Shown here piece after piece: positions 1 to 13,424 of a DNA stretch of 64,000 nt. Each line of letters begins with the position of its first letter. Position 1 is the stretch's first letter. A program made the position numbers and the translations under genes. Under the pieces are notes generated by a model. It saw nothing but the letters and a program-made list of their open reading frames with translations, was not told where the DNA came from and did not search any database. The stretch spans positions 40,672,001 through 40,736,000 of the forward strand of contig OZ024744.1 in NCBI GenBank assembly GCA_964016885.1, given 5' to 3'. Source of the DNA: Eledone cirrhosa (taxonomy: Eukaryota).

Positions 1-713
1 ACAATTATTTGCGATGTAGCCTGGTCACTTGCAGTGATAGCAACTATAGCTGGCTTCGGCTCTCTGCAGTCTCATGCCATGTACGGGCCCTGGGACCTGA
101 AGCACCGGGCTCCGAACGCAGGCGGACGACTATTCACAGCGGCTGGTTTCATTTCGTCATACGTCGGTCGCTGTCGACTGCCATGGGCTTCCGTTGCTTC
201 CAGCACTGCAACACTCCACCTTGTGTCCTGTGTTATTACGCGGGCATATACGATGAGCTCGCTCATGTTCATCTCCCTGTTGCCGTGCAGCTGTTGGAGC
301 TTCACGGAGATTTCGTCGGGGAACCCGTTCATAAAAGCAAACTGCACGACGCATTCGCGTTCTACCGTGAATCCGGCCATCGTAGTGAACCGCCGTAACT
401 CTGTCGCGAACACGTCCACGTGCTCTCCCCGCCATCTTGCTCTGCCTAGCTTGGCAAAAGCAGCGTACGGCCCCTCGGTGAATGCTTCCTTAAGTCGCTG
501 TCCTATCCTCGCCGCGTTCAGTTGGTCGATCTCATCCATCTCGAGGTACAGGGCTAGGGCATCTTCATCGAGATATAGAGCGATCAAACCATCAACATTG
601 TCAATGCCTTGCAGCGAGGCGACCAATGTGACCTTTCTCAACCAGGCCACAACATCTCCTTCGCTGTTAAAAGCCTTGACCGTCGCGCTATTCAATCTCA
701 GTTTCACTGCCAT
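1..713 (-). pseudogene. gag: Ty3/Gypsy-like gag remnant with two degenerate CCHC zinc knuckles; continues off the window edge
   Basis: ORF 72..713 ends CFRSQGPYMA*DC (decayed Cx2Cx3Hx4C). Another frame at about 1-42 reads CYHCK*PGYIANNC. GC-rich island in AT-rich DNA. Confidence 0.7.
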
Positions 714-1081
714 CTCCCCTGCGAGATCGTGAAAAAAATCAACAACGATACTTTACGAAAGAGAACAAAACAAAAACAAAAAAAGCTAAACTAAAGGGCT
801 GCCGTGCCGGGAGTAAAAATGCCGAAAGATGAGAAATTTCATTAAACGCCAAAATAGCTTGTAGCCGGAGGCATTCAGACTTACCTTGCGTTTCTCTGGT
901 TCACGTGGGGGTACTTTCCGCTTGCGTCTGTCCTCGCACGTCCGTCACCTTCCAGGTGTGTGGCTAAGAGGCCCCTGTTGACCGCCTGGTCCCTCGAGTC
1001 GCTTCCGTCCTCCTGCTTCCGGTCAGGCATCCTCCAACTTCCGGCAATCTCCCACTATCTCGCGGCAGCCCCACAGATATA

Positions 1082-1230
1082 AGGGCAGTGGATTTGCAGA
1101 ATTGCTAAGTACGCGAGACAAAATACTTTGCAGTATTTAGTCCTGGCTCTTTACATTCTGAGTTCAAATCCCACTGAGGTCAACTTTGCCTTACATCCTT
1201 CTGGGGTTGATAAAATAAAGCACCAGTCAA
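1082..1230 (+). mobile_element. tRNA-derived SINE with Meta/MESC-like central domain
   Basis: B-box gagttcaaatccc followed by gaggtcaactttgccttacatccttctggggttgataaaataaagcaccagt; many homologous copies in the window. Confidence 0.75.
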
Positions 1231-1505
1231 CAACAACTTCATCACCACCTCATATAACAACACCATAATCACCGTCAGCACCAACATCATCAACACCTTC
1301 ACTACCATCATCACCACCATCACCAAGCCCAGCACTATCATCACCATTTCTGATACCACTGACAACAAAAAGATTTCCATCAATAACAACACTATTAATA
1401 GCACTATCACCCACAACAATACCATCACTATCACAATGATTACTATCACCACCACCACCAACAAGAACAACATTATCGCCTCCATCACTGACACCTACGA
1501 TGATA
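1230..1505. repeat. degenerate (CAC/CAT/CAA)n low-complexity tract
   Basis: Trinucleotide-rich run; explains spurious hydrophobic ORF 1180..1494. Confidence 0.85.
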
Positions 1506-1550
1506 ACTGTTAACTATTTGTTAGTTTGAATGAATCAGCAACAACTGTAT

Positions 1551-1775
1551 TGGCATGTGACCTCGTGGTAAGTGTGTTGGACTTACGATCATAATGTTGT
1601 CGGTTCGATTCTTGGGCAGGTTTATGTGTTGTGCTCTTGAGCATTATACGTTGCTTCAGTATCTTCAATGAAAATGAGTACCAGAGGGAAGTCTTGTACT
1701 CTCAGTTGCTTCACACAATAAAACCGGGATAAACACCGGCCTAACAAGCCTTCTGGCTTAAGACAGACTTTAAGA
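1551..1775 (+). mobile_element. degraded tRNA-derived CORE-like SINE
   Basis: A/B-box-like head (ggttcgattc) and tgtgttgtgctcttgagca, homologous to the SINE at 62385. Confidence 0.55.
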
Positions 1776-1819
1776 TGTATTACAGCAGTACCAACTACAA
1801 CCATTTTCATTACTGGTAT

Positions 1820-2010
1820 TAATAATTGTTTCTACTTTTGGCACAAGGCCAGTAATTAACCAGTACATTACTGGTACTTTATTTTATCGACCCCGTAAGG
1901 ATGAAAGGCAAAGTTAACCTCGGCGGGATTTGAACTCAGAATGGCAAGGGCCGTAACTCTATGCGTCAAAGCATGGCGTCCGACCCTCTACCGATACTGC
2001 CAATCTACCA
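1820..2010 (-). mobile_element. young tRNA-derived Meta/MESC-like SINE
   Basis: Near-identical to copies at 24627, 37056, 41093 and 41752; gggatttgaactcag (B-box, reverse) and atcgaccccgtaaggatgaaaggc core. Confidence 0.85.
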
Positions 2011-2042
2011 CTAATGCTAATAATATTTGCTGATTTCACCGA

Positions 2043-2410
2043 CACAAGAAAATGTTTCTTTTACAAGAATGAGTTGTTTTGTAAAATGTGTACATACTTT
2101 TACAAGAATATGCAGTCTTGGTACGTTTACAAAATGTTTGCATACTTTTACATGTATGTGTAGTCTTGGTAAATGGTTTCAAAATATTTATATATTTTCA
2201 CAAGAATGTGTAGTCTTGGTAAATGTTTATAAAATCTTTACATACTTTTACAAGAATGTTTGCATACTTTTACATGCATGTGTAGTCTTGGGAAATGTTT
2301 ACAAAATGTTTACACATTTTTACAAGAATGTGTAGTCTTGGTAAATGTTTACAAAATGTTTACACATTTTTACAAGAATGTGTAGTCTTGGTAAATGTTT
2401 ACAAAATCTT
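2043..2410. repeat. 50-bp minisatellite, about 7 units
   Basis: Unit tacaagaatgtgtagtcttggtaaatgtttacaaaatgtttacacatttt at 2321-2370, repeated from 2371; more diverged upstream. Confidence 0.9.
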
Positions 2411-2709
2411 ACATCTGAGCTTTTCTTCCCTTGGTGAGAATATGCAAATATAACATTTAATTTGATGTAACACATCAAATAGACAATGTTTAAGCAAACA
2501 ACAACTTTTTAAAAATTATTATCATCTTTTTTTTTTTGCTTTGAGAATTCCTTCTTTATTCTTTGTTGTTCAAATTTTTTCTTTCCGAAGAATATTCCTA
2601 TCTCATTTTAGTGAAAATATTTTCCTTAACACTAATAGCTAATACATTTTGTTGGAAGAGGTATTTCAGATAAATTTGAAGTTACCATTTTTTTTAGTTA
2701 CATTGTTAC

Positions 2710-4155
2710 TGTGGATTGGCAGATTCATTAGAGCATCACAGAAAATGCTTTACAGTATTTAGTTACAGCTTTTTACGTTCTAAGTTCAAATCCTGCTGAG
2801 GTCAACTTTGCCTTTTATCCTTTTGAGGTTGATAAAATAAAGTACCAAACATGTACTGGTGTCAATATAATCGACTTTCCTTTTCCCATAAATTGTTGGC
2901 CTTATGCCTAGATTAGAAAACATTCAGACATGCTTGGCGGCATACAATTATGGACCTTTATGTTCTGAGTTTAAATCCTGCCATCTTTGCCTTTCATCCT
3001 TATAGGTTGGTAAAATAGAGTACCAGTACTGGCTACTTTCCCCTTCCCTTCAAATTGCTGGGCTTATGGCAAAAGTAGAAATAACTATTATTGTTACTTC
3101 ATAGTTAGGGTGTTGGGCTTATGATTGTAATGTCAAATGTTTGATTCTTGGACTGTGCAGCATATAGAGTTCTTGAACAAAACACTTTACATCATATTGA
3201 AAATGAGTACCAGCAGCAGTATGGTATGGTCCCATAACTCCTGATGGGGTCATAGGGATGCCATATTGACATGAAGGGTTTTGGGAGCACTTTAAGACAG
3301 GCGGAGCCCATGCTTTTCCTGGCCTGAGTAAAGCAGATTTTTTCTAGATGAGGATAGAAAGTGAGAAAGAGATATAGAGGAAGAATCGACCCCAGTACTA
3401 GACTGGTACTTTTTTTTTTATTAACCTCAAAAGGATGAAAGGTAAAGTTTACCTCAATGGGATTTGAACTCAGAGAGCTGGAACTAATACCACAAAGCAC
3501 TCTATCCAGCAGTCAAACAACTCTGCTAATTCACCACCTTACCAACAATAGTAACTGGGAGTTAACCCTGTGATGGACTGGCATCCAGTCTTGTATTCTT
3601 AGTTGCTTATTAACAATGAAATCCAGGTAAGCTTCAACCTGAGTGACCTCCAGACTTAGGACAGACTTTAACCCTTTTTTTAATCATTGTCAGCTTCAAA
3701 GTATACAGCTTTTATTTTCCACATCTTTTTAAAAGCTATAAGATTAGACAATTTTATTGCCAAATTTAGAAGATTTTCTTATGTTTATTTTTACCCTTTT
3801 CTAGACCAATGAACATATTTTCATTACATTCTGAGTTGAAATCCTGCCATGGTCAACTTTGCCTTTCACCATTCTGGAGTTGATAAAATAATATTCCAGT
3901 CAAGTACTGGGATTGATATCATTGACTTCTCCTGCCCACCCACCTCAAATGTGTGGCCTTGTATCTATGTTAGAAACCAATGCATTAATGCCATGTAATC
4001 ATAGTTGAGTTGGGGTTAAGAAGTTTACTTTGAAATTATGAAGTCCTGGGTTTGGTCCCACCCATCTTGGGAAAGTGTCTTTACCATAGCCTAAGATTGA
4101 CCAAACCCTTGCAAGTTAAATTTGGTAGACAGAAACTGTGTGGAGATGCCTGTGG
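2710..4155. mobile_element. cluster of old SINE copies (about 2710-2920 +, 2950-3090 +, 3380-3540 -, 3825-3980 +, 4000-4155 +)
   Basis: Repeated ttctgagttcaaatcc / tttgcctttcatcc / gataaaataaagtacc motifs; the last copy belongs to a different SINE family (cttgggaaagtgtc...tttggtagacagaaactg). Confidence 0.7.
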
Positions 4156-6847
4156 TATGAAGTACCTGAAATTAAAAAGTTTGGCTTGGTCACATATTCT
4201 ATTTTGCTGATTCTGCCCAGGGAGTATGTTAAAGATACACATGTTGAGTCACTTTACACATTAATTTAATGAGAAGGTAGTTCAGATGATGTTCATCATT
4301 GATACAAACAGAGTATCCATCTTATAAATTACTGTAAAGATGCCTTTGGCAAATAATAAAATTGATGTTGACATACTTAATTTTGTTAGTCAAGAAATTT
4401 TCATAGATTATAATTAATTCTGGCCAAAATAGTGTAATTTTAATTAAATACAAATAATAACAACAACAAAAATGATGATAGCAACCATGACAACTACAAC
4501 AACAACAACCACTAGAACCACAATGACAACAACGATGATGGCTACAGCAGCAATAATCACAACAACAATGATTACAAGAACAACAATAACCACTACAACA
4601 ATTACAACTGCAACATTACGTAGAATGCCATAGAAGCAACATTAAGGCAGCTTGATGTTATTTGAAGAAAAATTTGGTTGCCAACTTTAGCTGATTGTTT
4701 GTTTAATTCATCTTTAATTTCAATTAAAAAAAATATATATTTTTTAATATTCCAGTTTAACAATGTTTGCTTTCCACCATTTTTGTTAGGGGAAAGGGGA
4801 GAAGGATTATTGCTATATGTCTCTTATGGAAATGATTTTGAATCACTTTGCAAATATTCTTCAAATGTTATGGGTATATTTAGAGCATGAGGTGAATTCA
4901 CATGGTGAGAATTATGATGTGGTTTCAATTTCCAGTTGAATTTGTATCAATTCATTTAATTACTAAATGTTAATGAGAAAGACATGAAAGATTATGATTT
5001 CCTTTTAAAATGTAACGTATTGACTGAGACCAGTCCAATATAATTATTTCACATTTTTAGATTTTAATATTTAAAGCTAACCTTGGTGAGATTTGAAATC
5101 AGGAAGTAAAGAGTTATGACCCTTTACATTCTGATTTTAAATCCCGCCGAAGTTAGCTATGCTTTTCATCCTTATGGGGGCCGATAAGATATTTAACATC
5201 ACATGTTGTCCAACCCTTATTAGCAGGAAAAAAATTAATGTTAAATGATGATGATGACATGTGGTAACTAGCAGAATCTTCAGTGTTAGATAAAAAAAAG
5301 GTCTTTTAGGATTTAGGTACACCCCTTTAGATTTTGAGTTCAAGTTCCAGCAAAGTTTACTTTACCTTTGATTTATCAGTAGCTTGATGGAATAGGTGCC
5401 AGGGAAGTACAGAGGTTGAGACTAATTAATGTTAGAAATCTGTATTTAAAAATGTTTCAATGTCTAATATGATGATTGAAGCCACATGAGATACAGTACT
5501 ATTATAGGATGGCCTAATCACCACTCCTGATAATACATCTCAGGGCAGCCACTTTCAATATGGGCACTTTGAAAGACAGATTCAAAGAAATTGTTCTGTT
5601 ACTTGGATTTATGTTGTTTTCAAGAGCTAAGATGGAGTGATGCTATATAAAACACCATGCACCAAAAGCAGAACTAAGTAGGGAACAAAAGGATTGTTTT
5701 TATGAGGAACTTTACACACAGCCTTGGTTACAATAATTTTAAGTTGGAGTTTCAGAATAAATACATCAACATACATTTTTCTAAACCTCAAGAAAGAGTA
5801 TTGAAAATAGGAGGGGGCGGGGAGAAGTGCTGGGAACTTTACTGGGAATTATACTGTCTGAAACATGGGATCCAGCCTGGCAGATAAATGACCATTGTGA
5901 TGAATTGCTGGACAAATAGATAGTTCCCTCAACAAATTTTTCAGTGAGACCAGAACTGGAAAATAATATCTCCTCAGAGTTGTAATAATATATCTTGAAC
6001 TTACTATTCTTGGTAAGTATTGGGGGTCAGATGTAAAATGTATTTTGGCTATGTCGGAGACAGTCCAATTTTTTTTTCAGTTTTCTATAGTACACCATAC
6101 TTTCAAACACTCTAGTCTCTGTGATCAGGTACGATCTATGTCACTTGATGTGTTTGCTTGTAATTGTATGTCTTAGTCAACAAAGGATCCCTTGTGTTCT
6201 TCCATAAAACTAGAAAGATCAACTAAATCTTACTAAGATCATGATGATGTCAAGGGTGGGTGAGAAGAGAAGATGAGTATGATGTTATAAGTGTATGATT
6301 AGTGTTGTAGGATTTCAAGAGGGTGATGCGAGGGAAAAGTGAGGAGAAAAATTATTTCATGCCTTTATGAAAATTGTAGCAAGATTTAAGGGGGTAGTGT
6401 GAGGGAGGAAAAGAGTGGAAGTTATCTCAGATAGAGTAGAGGGGAGTGTGATCACGAGAATGGTTACTAAAGAGCTATGACTGGTGTGGAATATAATGGT
6501 GATGTGAGGGAGAAATGGAATGAGGAGGATCCTGGATGGAATGATATAGATGGAAGAAAGTCAGCAATTCACTTGATAATGTGTTGGATATATTATTTGA
6601 AGTGAAAAATTGGGATGGATGTGGCTAAAATGCCTTTAATCATAGATCTGTTTAATCATGCACAAAATAGGATTGTATTGACAAGATTCTATTATTGTAT
6701 ACTAGCAGAATGGCCCGGCATTGCTCGGGATTTGCTCTAGGGTTCTTATATATTTGATATATATTTATCCTTATTGAGCCTCGTGAAATAAATACGTTTG
6801 TTTATATTTTGTTATTGTGTATGCAAAAATATCTGTACACGAATATA

Positions 6848-6887
<40 letters not shown>

Positions 6888-7029
6888 TACCAGATTAAAG
6901 TTTAAGCAAAGGATCGCTGGTTTCACCCTTAACGGGATCTTGTGAAACTAAAAAAATCAATCTGTGAACACAGAAGTAAATATTTCGAAAAACGTTACAC
7001 ACTATATATATATATATATATATGTAGGA

Positions 7030-9090
7030 GGTGAGTTTTAGTGCCTTAAATAAATGCTTCCCTCCCTCACATATCTATAGTAAAATATTTAACAAACATA
7101 CAATAAAATTTTCCTATTCGACCTCCTCCAACATCTCCAACATTATCTCTAAACACAACAATAAAATACTAAATCACTTCCTTCCAACACTGAATGTCAT
7201 AATAATAGCAGTAGTACTCCCGACGTCATTGTTAACTCTAGGCTAGATTCTGTAAACTCAAATACGACGTCAACCGTAACTTCGTCAAATGTTCTTAATA
7301 CCAATCTAAATCAGGAAACTATTATTCCTATCGTAAATAACTTTTCCAATCCAATTCCTCCTATAGATAACACTAGGTCACTTGTTAATAACTCTGTTAA
7401 TTTCTCTAATCGTAATTGTAATTGCCCTGTTAAAAATAAATGTCCTCTCAACAACCATTGTCTTGAAAAAAACTTAGTCTATGAATGTAAAGTTATAACT
7501 GATACCAATTCCTTTACCTATTTCGGCTCCACTTCTACCTCCTTCAAAGCTCGTTTTTATAATCACAATTCTTCTTTTAAATACCAACTTAAAAGAACCA
7601 ACACAGCACTCTCAGAACTCATATGGTCCTTGAAAGACAAAAATATTAACTATAACATCTCTTGGAGGAAAGTTTGTTCTGCCTCTCCGTACTTGAATGC
7701 CTCCCTATCCAGAACGTGTAATCTTTGTTTATGTGAGAAATTTACCATTATATCTAATTTAGATTCTATAATAAATAGACGCACTGACTTATTTTCTCTC
7801 TGCTTGCATAAATTCCACAGAACATTCCATAAAGTATACAGCTAATATCTAATAATTTACCAGTTTAAAATCTTTTTTCTCAAAGGCTTATATATATATT
7901 TCTTTAAAAATATACCCATCTTTCTACCTTATTTCAATATTATTTATTATATAATACTAGTTACTCATTCTATATCATTCCTATTTATCATTTTCCTTTC
8001 TTTCTCTTTTCTTTTAATTTCTAACCTCTAATCTGTACTTTTTATTCCTAAATACTTCTCAATTCTTATTATTACTCACCACAACATATCCACTCTTCCA
8101 TCTTTCTTCATATCATTGGCCATAAAAATTATTATTACCTTTTAAATACTTTATACCATTACCTTTAAAAATCCTTCGTAAACATAAACATTTTTTTGAC
8201 GTTAGATTATTCCTCCTCAGTTCATTATATTTTTCTCCCTTTTATGCTCGTCTGACTTTTACATATAAACATATCACTATACATAAAAACAAACTTAAAC
8301 CCTAACTAATCTCCTTTATTACATTATATTATCACCATTAGAAAATACTTCATAAACATATATATTTTGATGTTAGAGTCTTCTCTTCCTTAAACACCAC
8401 TTTCTTCTTTGCTTTCTGCGCTCATTTGTAAACAAACTATGTATTACGCATACATATTACATTACATAAAAACAAACTTAAACACTAACTAATTCCTCTA
8501 AATTCATAATTCATCCACTCTTCTTCTTTTCACCTTATATCCTTAATAACATTAATATTTTTATTTTAATAATACATATTAACAATTTCTTTTCATCGCA
8601 CATATTATTAAACCCTTCAATATACAAACCTTAATTTAATATTATTCTTAATTTTTTTTTTCTCTTCATCAACTTTGTATTTTCAAATTCTTTTAAATTA
8701 TATATTATCTTCCAATGGCTTTTTAACCTCTCTCTGTGAAACAATATATGTTTTTTCTCAGTTATAAAGGCTATCTCTCTCTTTCTTTCACCCATCTCTC
8801 CTCCTATCTCATCCTTCCTTATTATACTCCTCCCCACCATTTTTTACTCTCATCTCCTCTTTTTCACCCTTTCCAACCCGCCTCACTTTTTCCCAATATC
8901 ACACATCAATCTTAAATTACTTTTCATATGTTGATTTAAAACTTCACTATTCACAAGTGTTTTTTAACCTTCATATCATGTATCCCTATTTTATCTGACG
9001 AAAACGCAAATGTCATCTCATGATGATATTTGTTTTTGAAATGCGCATAATAAAATACATGGAACTCTTTTAACCATATTTTGATCTTAT
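7030..9090 (+). mobile_element. 5'-truncated Penelope-like element: linker, GIY-YIG endonuclease remnant, long 3' region / pLTR
   Basis: KIFNKHTIKFSYS, CNCPVKNKCPLNNHCLEKNLVYECKV...YFGST, CNLCLCEK...NRRTDLFSLCLH; hammerhead near the 3' end. Confidence 0.85.
8987..9057 (+). ncRNA. minimal type I hammerhead ribozyme in PLE pLTR
   Basis: Stem I tattttat/ataaaata; CTGACGA 8995-9001; stem II caaatgtcatc/gatgatatttg; GAAA 9038-41; palindromic stem III tgcgca; AUA cleavage triplet. Confidence 0.8.
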
Positions 9091-9117
9091 ATTATATATA
9101 TATATATACACACACAC

Positions 9118-9198
<81 letters not shown>

Positions 9199-9199
9199 C

Positions 9200-11511
9200 G
9201 TCATAATATAGTAATGCAGACAGCCAGACATACAAACAGATATTATAAGAGCGCGACGTTATATAAGAGCCTCGTGCCAAACGTAGAAACAATTACTGAT
9301 AAGAAAAAATCAAAATTTATTCAGTTTGATATTGATGAATATTATTCCTCAATTTCACCTGATACTCTACATGAAGCTCTTTCGTTCGCTAAGGATAATT
9401 CCGACCTTACGGATGCTGAAATTAAAATTATTATGGAAGCGAGGAAAACTATAGTTAAATTCGATGATAGCTACTGGGTTCGCAAAGATAGACCTTCTAA
9501 TTTTGATATCACTATGGGTTCTAATTATTCGGCGGAAGTAACAGATCTTGTGGAAATTTATATCACCCACAGATTACAAGGAAAATTCCAGGATCTCCAC
9601 GGTAGAATCTACCGTGACGATGCGCTCCTATTAGTTAAGCATATGAATAACCAGAATTTAGAAAGGATGCGTAAACATATCAGAAAGCTTTTTTAAGGAA
9701 CTAGGATTAAATATTACATTTGAATATAACCTCAAAGAGGTCAATTTCCTTGATGTTACTTTGAATCTCAATACAGATACGATTAAACCGTTCCATAAAC
9801 TTAATGAGAACCTTAAATATGTAAATACGAGTTCTAACCATCCACTCTCTATAATTAAATCCATCCCTAGAAATGTCTCTCTTAGAATCTCCCGCCTGTC
9901 GTCCAACCAACAAACCTTCAAAGAACATGCCGAATATTATGATGATGCACTTAGGAAAGCCGGTCACCTAGATAATATAGAGTATATAGTCGAAGATCAG
10001 CAAAACACCCAAAATAAATCCCATAGGAGTAGAAATAGCACAGAATCACCACCATACATACACTACCGCAATAGACACAATAATAGTCGCACACCACCAA
10101 ACAGAAGGCGATGTAAGGAGTATATCTGGTACAACCCGGTCTATAACAACTCCATTAAAACCAATCTACCCTCAAAATTCTTTCGATTAGTTAGAAAACA
10201 CTTTCCAACATCACATAAATATAATAAAATCTTAAACCCTAACACTATTCGACTTTCATATTCAACCGCCCCTAATATTGAACAACATATAAAAAAGCTT
10301 AACGCAAAACGGTTGTATAAACGCCTTCCAACACATAACAATACACGTAAAACATTAGCTATAACATCACAAAACAACAAACAACATCAACCCATCCATG
10401 ACAATACAACAACGCAAAATTATAATTGCAACTGTGTCCAACCAGGAATGTGTCCGTTGAACAATCAGTGTCTTGAACGCAACATCGTATACAAATGTAC
10501 TATCGAATCGGATAGACAGAAGTGGTACTATGTGGGATCTACAGCCACCTCCTTCAAATCACACCTTTATAGACATCGTTACTCGATAAAACATGAAAAC
10601 CAGCGTTATGTAACAACACTCGCAGACAAGGCTTGGCAGCTGCGTGAAAATAACCAACAATTTCACCTAAAATGGGATACAATAGCGGCTCCCCCCCCCC
10701 CCCATATTCCCATGGACAGGAATATTGTAGATTATGTAATGTAGAATTATTTTGTATTATGAAATCCAAAAACATTTTATTAAATAACAGAATAGAGCGA
10801 TCGTTATACTGTAACCATCGCTTAAAATCTACATTTTCATATTATAAATACTACCAGGATTGAACGCCTGTCTCTATCTCCGTTTGATTGTCAAAATAGA
10901 TACTAACATTCTTTATTAGTCTTAATTCTATCAACTCTTCTATTATTTACCTTTTAATATAAACTGCTATAGATAAAATGAGATTTCTGATTTCTTGATT
11001 CAATTCCCTAATGCATATACCAGCTGGCTACTAAGATTGATGTTATTCAGTAGCAATCGAAATCTCCCCCTTCCCCAATTGACACTTTATAATTAATACT
11101 ACTACACCAAATGACCAGCCCTGTCCACTGTCCAATTGGTCAAGTAGAGATTAAAATTGGCACTCCCAAAAATTCATATTTAGATAAAATGAACCATTTA
11201 CTCATGGTATTCTCATTAGAAACCCATTATATACTTGTTTAGCAGTAAATTGATTTACCATCTGTCATATACTATCCCCTCTTTTTCTTCCTCTATTACT
11301 AATATAAATACTTCAATTTTTCTGATTTTATCCAATTTATCCAAAATCTCTGAAGAAGTGACAACTGATTATACATTTGCTATCGAATACTTGCTAACAT
11401 TATATGATTACGCAAGCAGCGATACATAGGTATTCCGTCTGTTACAGAAACATATGTCAATACCTAATAAATTCCTTTTTAAAAAAAGCACTTTCATTTT
11501 ATATTCATCCT

Positions 11512-11515
<4 letters not shown>
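9200..11515 (+). mobile_element. Penelope-like element: RT + GIY-YIG ORF broken by a stop and frameshifts, then 3' pLTR
   Basis: ORF 9214..9696 has RT motifs FDIDEYY, MGS, YRDD. ORF 9761..10744 has SNHP thumb, CNC..CPL..C linker and IVYKC...YYVGST. ORF 10672..10863 has CRLC..E..LLNNR. Confidence 0.9.
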
Positions 11516-11569
<54 letters not shown>

Positions 11570-11659
11570 GTATATATATATATATATATATATTCGTATA
11601 CAGATATTTTTGCATGCAGAAAAACAAAATATAAACAAACGTGTATATTTCACGAAAGC

Positions 11660-12925
11660 ACAGACGGCGTATCGTCATTGTTACTGCCGATATGCTACCC
11701 AAAAATCCCACTACTTTTGGCACAATACCGTCATCCCTCGTGATGAAGGCCTCCGCGCTCTCCAACAATTTTTAGATTTACGGCCTACCCTTTACCCCAG
11801 CACTACCACTCTTCTCCCTCTGGCTGAGCTTGTTTTCACCCTCAGTGGATTTTCTTTTTCGGGTGAATTTTATCAACAGGTCTCTGGTTAGCGATGGGAA
11901 CCAGTATGGGTCCAAACTGTGCCATCTTGTTTGTTGGCTACATCGAAGCCCAGATCTTCTCCCAGTACGCTGGACCTACTTCAGAGCTATATGGTCGTTA
12001 TATCGACGACTTTATTGGCGCTACCTCCCTATCACGAGAACAGCTCGACTGTTTTCTTTCTTTTGTCCAATCTTTCCATCCTGCCCTCAATTTCACCACC
12101 TCTGTCTCCGATTCTTCTGTCTCTTTTCTAGATATCTCTCTATCTATTAATCACTCTCACCACACCCTCTCTACTTCCATCTTCATTAAACCAACAGACT
12201 CCCACTCTTACCTCGACTTCACCTCCTCCCATCCAACCCACACCAAACACTCCATACCCTATTCCCAATTCCTCTGTCTTCGTCGACTCTGTAGCCAGGA
12301 CGACAATTTCGAAACCCATTCCCTTCGCATGGCTTCCTGCTTCATCCAGCATGAATACCCCTCCCACCTCACCCCGCGTTCCTTTCCCTCTCACCTCTCA
12401 TCTACCACCCCATCACCCTACCAATCCGGTGACATATCCTCCATTCCTTCCGCATCCTCTCTTCTGGCCCCGTCACGTCTCATTTTTTTCCAAACCCACC
12501 CATTACTGGTTTTAAGCACGTCGCAACTTCCGCGACCTCCTGGTTTGCAGTTCCTTTTCGTCCTCTCCCACGACTCCACCCGGCTCTCATCCTTGTTCCC
12601 GTTCCCGCTGCAACACTTGTCCCTTTATTTCCACCCTCACCACTCTTACAGGCCCTAACGGGTCTTTCCCTATCCACCATTCCTTCACCTGCACATCCAC
12701 CCACGTTGTCTATGCCCTCCGGTGTTCCCTTTGCGGGTCTTTATATATCGGAAAAAAGGGACGCCATATGGCGGACCATTTTGCCGAACATTTGAGGGAC
12801 ATACGACTCGGTTTGGATGCTCCTGTCACCCGTCATTTCTGTTCTCCTGGTCGTTCTTCCCTACAAGTTTCAGTCCTGGGTGTCCTTTTACATCATGGAT
12901 CACAGGCCTCACACACCAGGACTGA
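11660..12925 (+). mobile_element. second PLE family fragment (Neptune-like): RT, Cys linker, GIY-YIG
   Basis: QQVSG.AMGT, YIDD, FLD, SSHP..K.SIPYSQ; linker CSRSRCNTCP; VVYALRCSLCGSLYIG...FAEH. Confidence 0.85.
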
Positions 12926-12933
12926 ACAAAGTC

Positions 12934-13357
12934 CAGTTAAGCCTGAAATGCATAGACGGTGGTCCCCCTTGCTCCTGCTGGACATCACCAGAGGGTGTTA
13001 GCCCTCCCCCCTCTCGGAGTTTGCCTAGCTACGGCTTCCTAAAACCGTATTTCTTTGAAGATACTAAAGTTCTATACATATTTTATAAAGCTATGCTTGA
13101 AGCGAAATCTTATTTCTTTTCTATTATAAGTTGAGCTAACTTCTTCAGCTTCATATGCAAATGAGATTAATCACCTAATTTACACGAGAAAACTATATAT
13201 TCTCGGCTATCTTCTAGTCCAGCAGTCGCAAGCAGTGGGAGTGATCGTCAGTTAAGCCTGAAATCCATAGACGGTTGTCCCCCGTGCTTCTGCTGGACAC
13301 AACCAGAGGGCATTATCCCCCCTACCCCGGTGTTTGCATAGCTATGGCTTCCTAAAA
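12934..13357 (+). repeat. 315-bp tandem repeat (about 1.3 units), retrozyme-like family C
   Basis: cagttaagcctgaaat...cttcctaaaa at 12934 and 13249; octamer 13155-62, TCACC 13171, TATATA 13194; hairpin 13217-13298 with half a hammerhead core. Confidence 0.65.
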
Positions 13358-13391
13358 TTTCTATACATACATATATATAATATATATATCT

Positions 13392-13424
<33 letters not shown>

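Noticed and set aside
1180-1494. Hydrophobic ORF resembling a membrane protein
   Set aside because: Reverse translation of a (CAC/CAT)n low-complexity tract.
5400-6100. Possible host exon (GTAAGT donor at about 6012) or old DNA transposon
   Set aside because: No sustained reading frame or recognisable protein motif, so it cannot be supported.
6698-6735. Helitron-like terminus (atactagcagaatggcccggcattgctcggg)
   Set aside because: Only a ~35-bp stub; no matching other end found, so it is not called.
9214-10863. Selenocysteine recoding as reported for Naiad-clade PLEs
   Set aside because: The linker and endonuclease Cys positions in these copies are TGT/TGC; no in-frame TGA at Cys sites was seen.
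13090-13150. Minus-strand CTGAAGA with flanking stems as a hammerhead
   Set aside because: Seven extra nucleotides separate stem II from GAAA and there is no valid NUH site; probably chance.
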